64,000 bases of DNA. Source: Octopus vulgaris (lineage: Eukaryota). The stretch is from NCBI GenBank assembly GCA_951406725.2, contig OX597833.1, forward strand, positions 8,432,001 through 8,496,000, read 5' to 3'. The notes beneath the pieces are model-generated. The model ran no database searches. It was not told the origin of the DNA and saw only the letters and a list, made by a program, of their open reading frames with translations. This document shows positions 61,029-64,000 of the stretch, in pieces. A program made the translations under genes and the position numbers. Numbering within the stretch: position 1 is the stretch's first letter; the number at the start of each line of letters is the position of its first letter.

Positions 61029-63439
61029 CTAATATGGCTTTTGTGTGTGTGTGTGTGTTTATGATTGGATACTGGTAAAATTAATTCAGCTTTTGAAGAC
61101 ACCATTTTGATGACCTTTGACCCAAACTTACAAAAGGAGTGGAATACAACCAAAAGACAAGAAACTTCAAAGTGTTTTAACTCTGTTTTGGTGCCATTCC
61201 AACTGAGACCACTTCTGGAGTTTCTAATACAAACTTCCTGTTTTAAAGAGATCTAAAAAAAAACCTTCAATCAAAATTTGATGGAAATTTAGGTTCCAAA
61301 CTTTTAGCTTCAGAACAAAATTATTTTACTTAATTCTTAGTTATTTCCAAAATTAATTGAAATAAAAGAAGTGGATTTCAACAGAAAAATGCTAAAGAAC
61401 TAGTTAAATAGTTAACTAGACGTACAGGGTTAGCATAGGGTACAGGGAGCTTTAGTTAATTAGAAAGATGTATTCAAAGTTATGGTTAACATTTTATGTA
61501 GGGAGTAGTAAACCTTTTCAACCCAACCTGTCTGAGCCCAACCTGCCTGCTTCTATGATACCAGTTTCCTGTTTCAAAATGATTTCAATCAAAATCCCCC
61601 ATCAAAATTTCATTACTAAATTTTCCATAATTTTTTTAAATGATTTCAACAAAAAACTTAAACTATAAACACATGAAAAGTAGGTGTACACACACATCAG
61701 GATTATTGCAGAATTTTACTGAAACAAGAGAATATGGTCAGCAGACGACATTTAGTTACCAGCTAAAAGGGTTTTTATTACCTGGAGGCAGGTGTATCTT
61801 ATCTAATTGACTGTCAGGTGTTTATATCTTATGTAAGTTCCCTCCCAAAGTTGCTAAAATGTTAGAAAGTTTCATATTTCCTTCATAAGAATACAGCTCC
61901 CACCTTGGAGACTGCACTCAAGCACAAGGACATTACACAACCACTGGACGCCACCAAGTTGTGTCCACTCCATGACACACTGAAACTTGGACAACTGCTC
62001 CTTCGAATTTACTGTGTCCAGGGCCCCCTCTTTGCTCTACCAACAAAATCCCATTAGTTTCAAACTGAACGCCAGTCACACTAGGCCCAGGGCAAGCAAT
62101 TTTAAGGGGAGAATTCCAGTTGACTCTGGTCACTCCAGTACCTGATTGCTAGTTTCTTTTACGAATCCCCAGAAAGATGAAGGGCAAAGTTGGCCACAGC
62201 TTGTTTAGAACTCTAACACAACTGTTCCCTTCCCTCTCTTCAATACTTCACCCCAATTGAGTGGAGGGGTGCTTCCTTGGCAAGTACTTAATGACCTCAC
62301 TAGTACTGGTGCCACATAAAAAGCACTCAGTACACTCTGTAAAGGGGTTGGCATCAGGAAGGGCATCTAGATGTAGAGACCATGCCAAAACAGATAACTG
62401 GAACCTGGCAGAACCGTCTAGCTGGTCAGTTTCAGTCAAACCATCCAGCCATTGCCAAAATGGGGAAAAAAAGACAAGTTAAATGATGATGTATCAATCT
62501 AGAGAGACAAATGGATGGATTAAGAATTAACAGAGAATGAAGCAGATTCATTTGGTGATCAAATATTGGTTCATTGAGAGACGAGAGTTTAAGCGGAGCC
62601 GAGAGAAAACAACAAGATGGAGTGGTGTGTTGAGGAAAAGTGATTACCAAAGATAAAGGTAAATCAAGGAATTCAGTTTGTGTTAAAGAGAAGCTGGAAT
62701 TGCATTCAAATAAAATGGAAAACAAAATCTAGGTCTTGTAGGTGTGCATAATACATATTTATAATGCATAACACATACATATAATGGTGTGAACCCCATG
62801 TGATATCCACCTGGGGGGGGGGTCTCTGTACACCTAGGTGGACTGTGGCAACATTAATGCTAAAAAAAAAATCAGTAGTGTATATTGAACTTGCGTCATC
62901 TGATTCTGCTCCAAGACACAAACAGCACCGTTTCTTATCATTCTATTCTTCATTAACCAACATTCTGAACTGAAAACTGTTTCTATACAACAGGTGCTTA
63001 TTTTAGTTATTCCATTCTTCACCTGGTTATGTGTCTATGGGGGGGGGTAACATTTTTACAATGTCTGAATGTATCATTTCAAGCACACCTGACCCCTCAT
63101 TTATTGCAATCCTTTACCATGGCTTTCCTCGAGTTTATTCCCCCAGCATCTACCTCCACCACTTTTCCCGTCTTGTCTCCTTCCACAAGTTTGTTCTGTT
63201 TAGATTCCCCAATAATTCTTCATCCAACTTTCATCCTCCAAACACACCAACTGCCTCCACCATTCCTCTTCTGCCTTAAACTCTACATCTTATTCTTCCT
63301 AGACCCATTTTTTTTCTTTTCTCACTTCATTTGTATTCAAAGTAACAAAACTAGCATGTCTACCTCATTCCAACTCCTGCACACCTGTCGTTGATAAACC
63401 CTTTCTCACCTGCCAGGTGCTTGTGGTCCCTTAACATCC

Positions 63440-63850
63440 GGTGCACCAAATAGTTTGTATTGTATTTACCAAAGTGAATTCCAACCAATCATGGTTGCTT
63501 TCCTGGCAGCAAAGAAATCCCGTCTTCACTGATTTACTTACAAGTTTCTTTTCTATTCAGCTATGAGGCCATCCATTTATGGCGTTCCCACAGAGAACCT
63601 GTCTTTAAACTCTCCTGTTTTGACCTGAAGAACTAAAATAAATAAGGGGCCCAGAATCAAGCCCTGATGAACCCTTAAATTGAACTTGTCTCACCTTCTA
63701 ACAACATCTCTGGACATCACTTACATCAACACCAGGTTTCCTTAGTAACCTTCACATTACAGACCACAATACCCAGTCAAAGGTCATCTCTGGTTCAACA
63801 AATGCTACATATAATGATTGACCCTTAAAAATTTCTTCTTCTTTGGTTGT
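63440..63850 (-). mobile_element. Degenerate RTE RT fragment
   Basis: Minus strand resembles GVHQG..LGPL...LQ..TGEFK, same family as 24076-24712. Confidence 0.5.
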
Positions 63851-64000
63851 CTTACTAGGAGGAGAGCATCAGTGGTACCCCATCCTGATATGACCCAAAC
63901 TACATTTCATTTGTCTAAAGCTAATCTCTGTGTGTGTGAGAGAGAGAGCGAGAGAGAGGGAATGTGTGTGTGTGAGTGAGAGAGAGAGAGAATGTGAGTG

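Overview
Eukaryotic, AT-rich, microsatellite- and transposon-dense genomic DNA. The repeat landscape looks like an octopus/coleoid cephalopod; this is inference from recalled repeat motifs, not verified. Two spliced genes sit head-to-head with only 298 bp between their start codons. LSM14/RAP55/Trailer hitch is on the minus strand: 8 exons reconstructed from 5989 down past the window start, with LSm, FDF, FFD, TFG and RG(G) motifs. TAF4 is on the plus strand: 14 exons, 6288-40501, about 1163 aa, with TAFH, histone-fold and C-terminal conserved regions. The shared promoter carries YY1-, NRF1- and CTCF-like motifs. TAF4 intron 1 (about 17.8 kb) holds a mariner nested in a maT-like element, an inverted pair of CR1 LINE copies, an RTE/BovB-like LINE and many SINEs. 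I found no recognisable host gene from about 45 kb to 64 kb. That region contains SINEs, LINE fragments, MITEs, fold-back elements, a 35-bp tandem array and three structured-RNA candidates. Most short ORFs in the supplied track are microsatellite or TE artefacts. Exon boundaries were read by hand from GT/AG sites and frame continuity; repeat boundaries are approximate unless a TSD is quoted.
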